Origin: Alphaproteobacteria bacterium
GTDB taxonomy: Bacteria > Pseudomonadota > Alphaproteobacteria > JAAXGF01
Assembly: GCA_963555825.3 (NCBI GenBank)
Contig: CAUVXB020000002.1
Coordinates: 2,560,001-2,624,000 of the forward strand
Direction of reading: 5' to 3'
DNA length: 64,000 nt
Shown here: positions 19,485 through 29,148 of the stretch, piece by piece
Layout of the letters: each line of letters begins with the position of its first letter
Position numbering within the stretch: the first letter of the stretch is position 1
Translations under genes and position numbers: made by a program
The notes under the pieces: generated by a model
What the model was told of the DNA's origin: nothing
Database searches by the model: none
Seen by the model: only the letters and a program-made list of their open reading frames with translations

Positions 19485-21168
19485 CAGACTGTGTAAAAAC
19501 GTCGATGGTGTTATGATTCTCTCGTGCTTTGGCGGGAGGGTCTGATGAAGCGTTTTGTCGAGGGTGTCGATCGCAGCCAGGGCACGTTGTTTCCGGAGCG
19601 CCTGGAAGACTGGATCGGCGACGACAACCCGGTTCGGGCGATCGACGTCTTCGTCGATGAGCTCGATCTTGGCGGCCTCGGGTTCGACCGGGTCGAGCCG
19701 CTGGCGACCGGCAGGCCGGCCTATCATCCTTGCGATTTGTTGAAGCTCTACATCTACGGCTATCTCAACCGGGTTCAGTCGAGCCGTCGGCTCGAGAGGG
19801 AGGCCGGGCGCAATGTGGAAGTGATGTGGCTGGTCGGCCGGCTGGCGCCGGATCACAAGACGATCGCCGACTTCCGCAAGGACAACGGCCGTGCGATCCG
19901 CAAGGTCTGCGCCCGGTTCGTCGCGCTGTGCCGGCAACTCGGGCTGTTCGCCGAGGCGAGCGTGGCGATCGATGGCTCGAAGTTCAAGGCGGTCAACAGC
20001 CGGGACAGGAACTTCACGCGGGCCAAGATGGCGCGGCGGGTGGCGCAGATCGAGGAGAGCGTTGCGCGCTATCTGGACCAGTTGGACAGCGCCGACCGGC
20101 AAGAGCCGTCGCTGGCGCGCACGACCAAGACGACTCGTCTGGCCGACAAGATCGCGATCCTCAAGGAGGAGATGCGGCGCCTGAAGGCGCTTGAAGTCGA
20201 GCGGCGTGCGAGCCCGGACCAGCAGATCTCTCTGAGCGATCCCGATGCCCGCTCGATGGCGACGAGCGGCCGGGGTTCCGGCGTGGTCGGCTACAACGTT
20301 CAGGCCGCCGTCGACACCAAGCACCACCTGATCGTCGCCCACGAGGTGACCAATCAGGGCACCGACCGCGCCCAGCTCTCAGCCATGGCGAAGCGGACCA
20401 AGGCGGCTCTGGAGACCGACGAGTTGGATGTCGTTGCCGATCGCGGCTACTACAACGGCAAGGAGATTCTGGCCTGCGATGAGGCCGGCATCACCGTCAC
20501 ATTGCCTAAGCCGCTGACCTCTGGAGCCAAGGCCAAGGGCCGCTTCGGCAAACAGGACTTCGTCTATCTGGCCGCCGACGATGTCTATCGCTGCCCGGCC
20601 GGCGAGCGTTTGGTCTACCGCTTCACCAGCCAGGAGAGGGGGCTGAGCATGCGGCGCTACTGGACCAACGCCTGTCAGGGATGCGCCATCAAGCATCGCT
20701 GCACCACGGCCAAGCAGCGCCGCATCACCCGCTGGCAGCACGAGCATGTTCTCGAGGCCGTCGAGAGGCGGCTCGACGAGCACCCGGAGGCGATGCGTCG
20801 GCGGCGCGAGACGGCCGAGCATCCCTTCGGCACCATCAAGTCCTGGATGGGCGCGACGCATTTCCAGACGAAGACGCTGAAACGGGTGAGGACCGAGATG
20901 GCCCTGCACGTGCTGGCCTACAATCTCAAGCGCGTCATGAACATCACGGGCATCGACCCGCTGATCGCGGCGATGAGGACCGCATAGGCCTCTCTGCGCC
21001 GCAAATTGCGCCCATATCCGGCCAAATCGCAGCTCACACCGGCGCCAGCCGGCCGACAGGTCCGCACGAGTGGCGAAAATCCTTAATCCCGGAATACCCG
21101 CCGCGACGGATCATCGAAGCCAAAGACGCGCCGTACAGATCACGCAGCAAACGTTCTTACACAGTCTG
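19485..21168 (+). mobile_element. IS1182-family insertion sequence
   Basis: Terminal IRs cagactgtgtaaaaacgt / acgttcttacacagtctg (1 mismatch); 4-bp direct repeat GACC on both flanks. Confidence 0.9.
19545..20987 (+). CDS. IS1182 family transposase
   Basis: GRPAYHP, SSRRLERE, PDHKTIADFR, IDGSKFKA, GYNVQ, ADRGY, EHPFGTIK, AYNLKR. Confidence 0.93.
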   Translation: MKRFVEGVDRSQGTLFPERLEDWIGDDNPVRAIDVFVDELDLGGLGFDRVEPLATGRPAYHPCDLLKLYIYGYLNRVQSSRRLEREAGRNVEVMWLVGRLAPDHKTIADFRKDNGRAIRKVCARFVALCRQLGLFAEASVAIDGSKFKAVNSRDRNFTRAKMARRVAQIEESVARYLDQLDSADRQEPSLARTTKTTRLADKIAILKEEMRRLKALEVERRASPDQQISLSDPDARSMATSGRGSGVVGYNVQAAVDTKHHLIVAHEVTNQGTDRAQLSAMAKRTKAALETDELDVVADRGYYNGKEILACDEAGITVTLPKPLTSGAKAKGRFGKQDFVYLAADDVYRCPAGERLVYRFTSQERGLSMRRYWTNACQGCAIKHRCTTAKQRRITRWQHEHVLEAVERRLDEHPEAMRRRRETAEHPFGTIKSWMGATHFQTKTLKRVRTEMALHVLAYNLKRVMNITGIDPLIAAMRTA

Positions 21169-21348
21169 GACCGACAACGGACTCCCAACGATTGTCTCTC
21201 CGGTCTCCGTTTTCGGGCGTCAAGCGGACAATGGCGGCACGCAGGACCGCGGCGAACTCCGCCCGGCGGCGAACGAAGCCTTGCGCGACGGGGCACCGGG
21301 TGTGGTAGCTTCGGGCCCCGAGGAGGGCGACGCACGACGGGGCGATCG

Positions 21349-21768
21349 ATGATGAGACTCGTGATGGTTTTGGCCCTGTTCGGGCTGGCGGCGGAGGCAG
21401 CCTGGGCCGACGGTATGAAGGACGCGCGGCGCTGCGCCTCGCGATCGGGCGAGCTCGACGTCGACATTTAATACTGCACGCGCGCGATCCTGTCGGGCGA
21501 GTTGCCGGCCGAGTATATGGCCAAGACGTTCCACAACCGTGGCCTCGCCGAATTCAATCTGGGCTGCTTCGAAAACGCGATCGCCGACTTCGGCCGCGCC
21601 ATCATGCTCGCGCCCGATTTCGCGTACGCCCACGCCGACCGCGGCATGGCCTACGAATATCTCGGCCAGATGGACAAGGCGCTGACCAACTACAAATCGA
21701 CTTATGATCTCGGCATCAAGCCCAAGTGGCTGGTCAAGAAGCTGCGCATGAACGGTGCGCTAAACTGA
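21349..21768 (+). pseudogene. Secreted TPR protein interrupted by an in-frame TAA
   Basis: Signal peptide MMRLVMVLALFGLAAEAAWA and the TPR part (HNRGLAEFNLG..AIADFGRAI..PDFAYAHADRG) are in one frame, separated by a single TAA at 21469-21471. Confidence 0.7.
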
Positions 21769-21804
21769 TCCTCGGTATCAAACCGGGGCCCGCGCGCGGC
21801 GGGC

Positions 21805-22539
21805 CTATTCTGCGGCGGTCAATCGCCCGGTCAAGCCGGCCATGCGCAGCGGCCTCGGCGGGCGCGCGACGTCGGCGAAGGGGCTGAATCCCATCCATTT
21901 CCCGAAACCGGCCGCCAGTTCGCGCGCGCCGTGCAACTCGACGGCCCCCGAACGCACCGCCTCGCGCGCCGGAATGTCGCCGATGGCAACCTTGGTCAGC
22001 GTGCGCAGGTCGGTGGTGACATAGAGGTCGACGTCGAAGCCGGGGTCGTCGATGCACATGTCGACGTCGCCGTCGTCGACGACCAGCCACCAGAGATCGT
22101 AGCGCAGTTTCGGCCGGTCGCTGAAGCTGAACTGGACGACGCTGCGCGTGGCGGGGAATTCACCGGCGTCGATGGCGCCGCTGATCGCCCACATCAAGAG
22201 GCCCGCGTCGAGCTCGTCCTCGCCCAGCACGTTGCGCACCCAGCGCTGGCCCCAGACGCCGAACAGCTCGACGATGGCCGCCGTTTCGCGCCCCGCCACG
22301 GTCAGGTGGTATTCGGGCGCGCGGCCGTCGGCGCCCGAGCGCCGCGCGACGACGCCCGCCGCCTCGAGCTCCTTGAGCCGCCGCGACAGGAGCGACGGCG
22401 AGATCAGCGGCACGCCCTTGCGCAGCTGGTTGAAATGCCGGCAGCCGCCGTGCAGGTCGCGCAGGATCAGCAGCGTCCAGCGCTTGCCGAGGATCTCGGC
22501 GGCCCGGGCGACCGGGCAGTATTGTCCATAGCTTTTCAT
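21805..22539 (-). CDS. HxlR-family winged-helix regulator with C-terminal SCP2-like domain
   Basis: YGQYCPVARAAEILGKRWTLLILRDL...FNQLRKG..ISPSLLSRRLKELE. Confidence 0.9.
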   Translation of the reverse strand: MKSYGQYCPVARAAEILGKRWTLLILRDLHGGCRHFNQLRKGVPLISPSLLSRRLKELEAAGVVARRSGADGRAPEYHLTVAGRETAAIVELFGVWGQRWVRNVLGEDELDAGLLMWAISGAIDAGEFPATRSVVQFSFSDRPKLRYDLWWLVVDDGDVDMCIDDPGFDVDLYVTTDLRTLTKVAIGDIPAREAVRSGAVELHGARELAAGFGKWMGFSPFADVARPPRPLRMAGLTGRLTAAE

Positions 22540-22573
22540 GACCCGAGGCTAACCCGCCCGAGCGCCGCCACCT

Positions 22574-22590
22574 AGTACAACTATTGTACT
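22574..22590. promoter_or_regulatory. Candidate HxlR operator AGTACAA-N3-TTGTACT
   Basis: Perfect AT-rich 7-3-7 palindrome about 35 bp upstream of the regulator start. Confidence 0.6.
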
Positions 22591-22648
22591 TGATGGCGGA
22601 CGGGTGGCCGCGCGAGACTTGGCCCAAGCCACATAGTTGGCGCCCTTA

Positions 22649-23773
22649 CTAGTGTCCCGATTCCGAAGTTCGCATGATTTTCGCCTGCTGTTCAGCGATT
22701 TCGATTGTTCGGAGGCAGAAGCGCTGGATGGCGCCGAGGATGTCATCGGCGGATTTGGTCCATTTGAAGGGTTTGGGGTTCTGGTTTGTCGTGTCGATGT
22801 AGTCGAGGATGGTGCGCTCCAGCTCCTTGGTGGAGCGATGGACGCCGCGCCTGATCTGTTTGTCGGTCAGCAGCCCGAACCAGCGCTCGACCTGGTTGAG
22901 CCAGGAGGCGCTGGTGGGTGTGAAATGGGCCTGCCAGCGCGGCCGTTTGGCGAACCAGTCGCGGATCGCCTTGGTCTTGTGGGTCCCGTAGTTGTCCATG
23001 ACGATGTGGATGTCGAGATCAGCAGGGACGTTCGCCTCGACGAGGTCGAGGAATTTGCGGAACTCTCGGGCCCGATGGCGCGGGAAACATTTGCCGATGA
23101 TCTCTCCCGTGGCGATGTCGAGGGCCGCGAAGAGAGAGGTCGTGCCGTGGCGCTTGTAGTCGTGGCTGCGCCGCTCCGCCTGCCCGGGGCGCATCGGCAA
23201 GAGGGGCTGGGAACGGTCCAAGGCCTGGATCTGGCTCTTTTCGTCGACACAGAGAACCAGGGCACGATCCGGCGGCGCCAAATACAGACCGACGATGTCG
23301 CGGACCTTCTCCACGAAGAAGGGATCGCTCGACAGCTTGAAGGTCTCCGAGCGATGCGGCTGCAAGCCGAAGGCCCGCCAGATGCGATGAATGGTCGAGG
23401 GCGCGTGGCCGCTCGCCCGCGCCATCGAGCGAAGGCTCCAATGGGTCGCGTCCGGCGGCGTCTCTTCCAGCGTCAGCCGGACCGCTTCCGCGATGGCGTC
23501 ATCGCCGATTTGACGCGGCGCGCCGGGGCGGGGTTCGTCGTACAGACCGTCGAGGCCCTCCGCCGCATAGCGGCGACGCCACTTGCCCACGGTGTCCGCG
23601 CTCGCCTCGAGACGAACGGCGATCTCCTTGTTCTCCAACCCTTCCGCCGCCGCCAAGACGATCCGAGCCCGCCGCGCAAGCCCCTGCGACGTCTTGCGAC
23701 GACGAGACAGCGCCTCCAATTCGGCGCGCTCGTCATCGCTCAAAGAGATCGTCACCGCCACTCTCGCCATCAA
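22649..23773 (-). CDS. IS630 family transposase
   Basis: HTH region, [37 protein letters not shown] (DDE). Confidence 0.95.
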   Translation of the reverse strand: MMARVAVTISLSDDERAELEALSRRRKTSQGLARRARIVLAAAEGLENKEIAVRLEASADTVGKWRRRYAAEGLDGLYDEPRPGAPRQIGDDAIAEAVRLTLEETPPDATHWSLRSMARASGHAPSTIHRIWRAFGLQPHRSETFKLSSDPFFVEKVRDIVGLYLAPPDRALVLCVDEKSQIQALDRSQPLLPMRPGQAERRSHDYKRHGTTSLFAALDIATGEIIGKCFPRHRAREFRKFLDLVEANVPADLDIHIVMDNYGTHKTKAIRDWFAKRPRWQAHFTPTSASWLNQVERWFGLLTDKQIRRGVHRSTKELERTILDYIDTTNQNPKPFKWTKSADDILGAIQRFCLRTIEIAEQQAKIMRTSESGH

Positions 23774-23830
23774 TCGCGCCTCCTGAAAACAAATAGAGAC
23801 ATAATCATATCAATTTATCGATCAGGACAC
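22652..23830 (-). mobile_element. IS630-family insertion sequence, copy 1
   Basis: Ends GTGTCC(C/T)GAT, TA flanks within CTAG on both sides; near-identical to the copy at 32268-33446. Confidence 0.93.
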
Positions 23831-23846
23831 TAGCGAGGAAAGAACC

Positions 23847-25292
23847 ATGTCCGGACTAACCGCAACGAACCGCGACGGCAACGGAACCGTCACCATCGAC
23901 GCCGAAGCGGTCGAGGCCTTCGTGGCCGGCCACCGCGGCCCGTGTCTCACCGCCGCCGCCGACGGCTACGACGCGGCGCGCGTCATCTGGAACGGTTCGG
24001 CCGACAAGCGCCCGGCGATCATCGCCCAATGCGTCGGCGCCGCCGACGTCATCGACGCGGTCAACTTCGCGCGCCAGCACGACCTCCGTGTCGCGGTGCG
24101 CGGCGGTGGCCACAACGTCGCCGGCAACGCGGTGTGCGACGACGGCATCGTCATCGATCTCTCGGCGATGAACGGCGTGCGCGTCGACGTCGCGGGGCGG
24201 ACCGCGCGCGCCGGCGGCGGCTGCACGCTGGGCGACGTCGACCGCGAGACCCAGGCCTTCGGCCTCGCCGCGCCCTTGGGCGTGGTCTCGTTGACCGGCA
24301 TCGCGGGGCTCACCTTATGCGGCGGGCTGGGCTGGCTGCGCCGCAAGCACGGCATGGCCTGCAACGCGCTGGTCTCGGTCGACATCGTCACCGCCGACGG
24401 CAATCTGGTGACCGCCAGCAAGGACGACAACGCCGATCTGTTTTGGGCCGTGCGCGGCGGCGGCGGCAACTTCGGCGTCGTCACCTCGTTCGAATACCGG
24501 CTCTACCCGGTCGGGCCGATGGTGACGCTCTGCGCGCCGTTCTACCGGCTCGGCGACGACGCCGCCAAGATCATGGCTCGCTGGAACGACTTCATGGCGA
24601 CGGCGCCCGAGGACGTCTCGTCGAACTTCATGTTCTGGAGCATCCCTCCGGTTCCCGGTTTCCCCGAGGCGCTGCACGGCACGCCCGTCGTGATCACCGC
24701 GGCGGTCCATTCGGGCGCGCTCGAGGACGGCGAGAAGCTGCTCCAGCCGCTGCGCGAGCTGGGCGAGCCGATTCTCGACCTCAGCGGGCCGGTTCCCTAC
24801 AACGGCGTGCAGACCGCCTTCGATCCGCTGTTCGTCAAGGGCGAGCGGCTGAACTACTGGAAGTCGCTCTACCTCGACCGCATCGACGACGCCGCCATCG
24901 ACCGCATCGTCGCGCGCGCCAACGACCGGCCCAATCCCTGGTCGCTGATCGCGTTCTGGCACCTGGGCGGCGCCATGAACCGCGTCGACCCGGCCGAGAC
25001 CGCGCTCGGCGTGCGCGACGCGGCCTATCTCTACAGCCTCGACACCTCGTGGACCGACCACGCCGACGACGCGCGCGCGATCGGCTGGACGCGCGACGCC
25101 TGGGCCGAGATGCAGGACTATTCGAGCGGCGCCGTCTATCTCAACTTCCCGGGCCAGGGCGAGGAGGGCGAAAAGCTGATGCGCGCGTCTTACGGCGACG
25201 CCAACTACGAGCGCCTGGTCGCACTCAAGACCAAATACGACCCGACCAACCTGTTCCGCATGAACCAGAACATCAAGCCGAACGGCGGCTGA
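23847..25292 (+). CDS. FAD-binding oxidoreductase, berberine-bridge/6-hydroxy-D-nicotine oxidase-like
   Basis: RGGGHN covalent-FAD motif, GGGGNFGVVT, YLNF, KYDPTNLFR. Confidence 0.92.
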   Translation: MSGLTATNRDGNGTVTIDAEAVEAFVAGHRGPCLTAAADGYDAARVIWNGSADKRPAIIAQCVGAADVIDAVNFARQHDLRVAVRGGGHNVAGNAVCDDGIVIDLSAMNGVRVDVAGRTARAGGGCTLGDVDRETQAFGLAAPLGVVSLTGIAGLTLCGGLGWLRRKHGMACNALVSVDIVTADGNLVTASKDDNADLFWAVRGGGGNFGVVTSFEYRLYPVGPMVTLCAPFYRLGDDAAKIMARWNDFMATAPEDVSSNFMFWSIPPVPGFPEALHGTPVVITAAVHSGALEDGEKLLQPLRELGEPILDLSGPVPYNGVQTAFDPLFVKGERLNYWKSLYLDRIDDAAIDRIVARANDRPNPWSLIAFWHLGGAMNRVDPAETALGVRDAAYLYSLDTSWTDHADDARAIGWTRDAWAEMQDYSSGAVYLNFPGQGEEGEKLMRASYGDANYERLVALKTKYDPTNLFRMNQNIKPNGG

Positions 25293-25370
25293 CCCGCGGT
25301 GAGTTGATGTCGACGTCGGAGGGCGTTAAAGTCTTGATCTGAATGAAATGGAACTGGGTGGGGGGACACC

Positions 25371-25721
25371 ATGACCAGAAGGCTCGGCGTCACGCGTCGC
25401 GGCGCGTTGGGGCTCATCTTCGGCGCATCCAGCCTGATCTATGCGGCGGGAACGGCGCTGGCCAGCAGCTCGGCGGTGGCGACGCCGGGCGAGTCGGTCA
25501 CGATCAAGACGAACAAGGGCTCCCGCTACACTTGGGTGAAATTCATTAACCAGGGGCCCGGCGCGGCGGAGATCGAGATCGCGAGTCCCAACGTCAACGA
25601 AACCTTCGTGATCGCGGACGGTGGCACCGTCGAGATGACAAAGAGCTTCGGAACCCGATCGACGCGCATCACCAACAACAGCACCACGGCCACCGTCAGG
25701 ATCGATTCGCGCTGGCTATAA
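25371..25721 (+). CDS. Small putative Tat-exported beta-rich hypothetical protein
   Basis: TRRGALG twin-arginine motif plus hydrophobic stretch and ALA cleavage site; GGGGGA RBS. Confidence 0.65.
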   Translation: MTRRLGVTRRGALGLIFGASSLIYAAGTALASSSAVATPGESVTIKTNKGSRYTWVKFINQGPGAAEIEIASPNVNETFVIADGGTVEMTKSFGTRSTRITNNSTTATVRIDSRWL

Positions 25722-25752
25722 CGCCGGCGCGGATTTCAACCAAGCGGCCGAG

Positions 25753-28700
25753 GTGATGGGCCGCTGCCTGCGCGCGCTTGCGCTGCTGTCGGTGCTGGTC
25801 TCGACATTCGTGACCGGTGCATCGGGCCAACAGTCGGATGCCGATCTTCGGGGCCTCGGCGAGATGTTCGGCTGGGCGAGCGGCTGCCGTTGCCTCGAGT
25901 ACAATATCGCGACGCTCGAAAAGCACATGGCATCGCTGTTCCCGCAGTATTCCGAGCAGCAAATCAAGACGATCCTCCAATGGGCGCATTGGGGCCGCAA
26001 GGAATCCGACCTCGTCGATACCAGCTCCCAGGGCTGCTTTCAGGCCTGCGAGGCGGCCGGGCGCGCACAGTTCTTCGACCGGGTGAACGCGGCGATCGCC
26101 GGCTTCGCCGACAGCGGACGCGATGTGCTCGCGCGCGCCAACAGCCTGTTCGACGAGGCGCGCTATGCCGAGGCCGAACCGCTATACAAGAGCTATCTGG
26201 CCGAGCATGTGAGGCGCGGCGACGCCGATACCGGCTTGGTCGCGCTGGCATTCAACAATCTGGCGCTGCTCTACTCGACGCAGGGCCGCTATGACGAGGC
26301 CGAGCCGCTGTTCGAGCGTGGCTTGGCGATCAGGCGCAAGCTCTTCGGCGCGGCGCATCCCGAGGTCGCGCAGTCGCTCGCCGGCTTGGCGTCGCTCTAC
26401 GACGGACAAGGCCGCTACGGCGAGGCCGAGCCGTTCTATCGCGAAGCCTTGTCGATCCGTGAAGCGTCGCTTGGCGCCGAGCACCCCGACGTCGCCGCCA
26501 GCCTGGGTCAGCTCGCCGGCCTCTTGGTGAGCCAGGGCCGCTACGGCGCCGCGGACGCTCTCTATCGGCGCGCCCTCGGCATTCAGGAGCGAAACCTAGG
26601 GACGGATCATCCGGATGTCGCCGGCACCTTGAACAGCATCGCCGGACTACGCGTCAGCCAAGGCCTCTACGACGATGCCGAGGCCCTGCATCTGCGCGCC
26701 CTGCGCATCAGGGAAACCGCCTTCGGCGTCGATCATCCGGTCATCGGGCAAAGCGTCTCGAACCTCGCGCTGCTGTACGACATCCAGGGGCGTTACGGCG
26801 CGGCCGAGCCGCTGCACCGCCCCGCGCTGGCGATCTGGGAGACCGCCTTCGGCATCGACCACCCCAACGTCGCCGCCATGATGAACAATCTCGCGGTCGC
26901 CTTCGCCATCCAGGGCCGCTACGCCGAGGCGGCGCCGCTCTATGAGCGCGCGCTCGCCATTCGCGAGGTGGCGCTCGGCGCCGATCACCCCGATGTCGCC
27001 GGTGGCTTGAACAACCTCGCCTGGGTCTACGCGCGCGAGGGACGCTATGACGATGCAGTCGCGTTGCACCGCCGCGCGCTGGCCATCCGCGAGGCGGCGC
27101 TCGGGTCCGCCCATCCCGACGTCGCGGGCAGCCTGAAAAACCTGGCGAGCCTCTACGTCCGGCAACGCAGCGACGTCGACGTCGAGCCGATGCTGCGCCG
27201 CGCGCTGGCGATCCGCCAGGCGGCGTTCGGCGCCGACCACCCGCTGGTCGCCGAGAGTCTCAGTCAGCTTGCCGGGTATCTCGCGACCGACGGCGACCGG
27301 GCCGAAGCGGAACGGCTGTTCGGGCAGGCGATCGCGGCCAGCGAGAAGGCGTTGGGCGCCGACCATCCGACCGTGGCGACGCAGCTCGACGGCCTCGCCG
27401 GGCTCTATCAGGCGCAAGGCCGGATAGCCGAAGCGCTGGGGCTCGCGCGCCGCGCCACCGCGGTCTTCCGCGACCGCGCCGCGCGCGCCAGCGGCGATCT
27501 CTCCTCCGGCCAACTGCGCGAGCAGGCGAGTGTGCGGCACATCTTCCTGCGCCACGTCGACCTCGCCACGGCGGGCGCCGCGCCCACGGCCACGGCGCTG
27601 AACGAGGGGTTCGAGGCCGGTCAGCTCGCCCAGGCGACCGATGCGGCGCAAGCCGTGGCGCGCATGGGCGCCCGCTTCGCGGCCGGCGACGACGGCTTGG
27701 CGAAGGCGGTGCGCGCGCGCCAGGACGCCGTCGAGTGCTGGCGCAGGTTGGACACACAGTTGATCGAGGCGGTGAGTTCTTCGCCCGAGGCCCGTGACCG
27801 CGCCGTCGAGGAACGCCTGCGCGCCGAAACCGCTCGGCTCGAAGCGCGCATCGCCGAACTCGACAAACGGCTGGCACGCGAATTCCCCGAATTCGCCGAG
27901 CTCGCCAGCTCGAAACCACTGACGGTATCGGACGTCCAACGATTGCTCGCACCGACCGAGGCGTTGATGACCTACCTGGTCGGCGAACGGTTCAGCTATC
28001 TCTGGGTCATGCGGGGCGACCGCGTGGCGTTCCATCGCATCGACGTCGCTCGCCAGGAGATCGAGGACGCCGTGACCGTGCTTCGGTCCGGCCTGGACCA
28101 ATCGGGCATCAGGACCGTCGGCGACATCAGGCCGTTCGACGTCGAAGAGGCGTTCCTGCTCTATGCGCAAATCTTCGCCCCGGCCGAGGCCGCCCTCGAC
28201 GGCGCCAGCCACGTGTTCGTGGTACCCGATTCCGCGCTTCGCGCCTTGCCTCTCGGCGTTCTCGTCACGGCCGAGCCGAAGCGCCGCATACGGAAGCTTT
28301 CCGCCTACCGCGACGTGCCGTGGCTCGCAAAGTCGTACGCCTTCACGACGCTGCCCTCGGTGTCGTCGCTGCGCGCACTCCGGCTGTTCGCCAAGGCGAC
28401 CCGCGCGACGCGGCCCTTCGCCGGCTTCGGCGATCCGCTGCTCGACGGCGACCCGGGCGGCGGTCGCGGCGTCGACGTGGCGATCCTGTTCCAGCGCGGC
28501 GCCGTCGCCGACGTTGAATCGGTGCGCCAGTTGCCGCGTCTGCCCGAGACCGCCGACGAGCTGAACGCGATCGCACGCAGCATGGGCGCCGACACCGACG
28601 CGGTATATCTGCGGGAGCGCGCGACCGAGGCGCTGGCGCGGTCGGAAGACCTGTCGCGCTTCCGCATCCTCGCCTTCGCCACCCACGGCCTGATCGCCGG

Positions 28701-29148
28701 CGATATCAAGGGCGTCGCCGAGCCCGCCCTGGTGATGACGCCGCCCGAGGTCGGCAGCGAGCAGAACGACGGGCTGCTGACCGCGAGCGAGATCGCGACA
28801 CTCGATCTCGACGCCGACTGGGTGATTCTGTCGGCCTGCAACACCGCCGCCGCGGACGGCACGCCCGGCGGCGAGGGCTTGTCGGGGCTCGCCAAGGCGT
28901 TCTTCTTCGCCGGCGCGCGGGCGCTCTTGGTGTCGCACTGGTCGGTCGCTTCCGACGCGACGGTCAAGCTGACCACCGGCATGCTGGGCGCGCTCGCGAA
29001 GGACCCGGCGATCGGCCGCGCCGAATCGCTCAGGCGCGCGATGCTCGCCCTGATGGCCGACGAGGAGAAACTGTACTTCGCCCACCCGATGTTCTGGGCG
29101 CCCTTCGTCGTCGGCGGCGGCGAGGGCGCCGCCGCCGCCGCCGGCTAG
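25753..29148 (+). CDS. TPR-repeat CHAT-domain (caspase-like) protein with N-terminal signal-like sequence
   Basis: About 10 HPDVA..LNNLA.LY..QGRY TPR repeats; CHAT motifs VPDSAL, FATHG, LSACNTA, LVSHWSV, HPMFWAPF. Confidence 0.92.
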   Translation: MMGRCLRALALLSVLVSTFVTGASGQQSDADLRGLGEMFGWASGCRCLEYNIATLEKHMASLFPQYSEQQIKTILQWAHWGRKESDLVDTSSQGCFQACEAAGRAQFFDRVNAAIAGFADSGRDVLARANSLFDEARYAEAEPLYKSYLAEHVRRGDADTGLVALAFNNLALLYSTQGRYDEAEPLFERGLAIRRKLFGAAHPEVAQSLAGLASLYDGQGRYGEAEPFYREALSIREASLGAEHPDVAASLGQLAGLLVSQGRYGAADALYRRALGIQERNLGTDHPDVAGTLNSIAGLRVSQGLYDDAEALHLRALRIRETAFGVDHPVIGQSVSNLALLYDIQGRYGAAEPLHRPALAIWETAFGIDHPNVAAMMNNLAVAFAIQGRYAEAAPLYERALAIREVALGADHPDVAGGLNNLAWVYAREGRYDDAVALHRRALAIREAALGSAHPDVAGSLKNLASLYVRQRSDVDVEPMLRRALAIRQAAFGADHPLVAESLSQLAGYLATDGDRAEAERLFGQAIAASEKALGADHPTVATQLDGLAGLYQAQGRIAEALGLARRATAVFRDRAARASGDLSSGQLREQASVRHIFLRHVDLATAGAAPTATALNEGFEAGQLAQATDAAQAVARMGARFAAGDDGLAKAVRARQDAVECWRRLDTQLIEAVSSSPEARDRAVEERLRAETARLEARIAELDKRLAREFPEFAELASSKPLTVSDVQRLLAPTEALMTYLVGERFSYLWVMRGDRVAFHRIDVARQEIEDAVTVLRSGLDQSGIRTVGDIRPFDVEEAFLLYAQIFAPAEAALDGASHVFVVPDSALRALPLGVLVTAEPKRRIRKLSAYRDVPWLAKSYAFTTLPSVSSLRALRLFAKATRATRPFAGFGDPLLDGDPGGGRGVDVAILFQRGAVADVESVRQLPRLPETADELNAIARSMGADTDAVYLRERATEALARSEDLSRFRILAFATHGLIAGDIKGVAEPALVMTPPEVGSEQNDGLLTASEIATLDLDADWVILSACNTAAADGTPGGEGLSGLAKAFFFAGARALLVSHWSVASDATVKLTTGMLGALAKDPAIGRAESLRRAMLALMADEEKLYFAHPMFWAPFVVGGGEGAAAAAG

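Noticed and set aside
22637-23833. About 398-aa ORF antisense to the IS630 transposase (also in copy 2)
   Set aside because: Conservation only reflects IS identity; no recognisable domain or RBS
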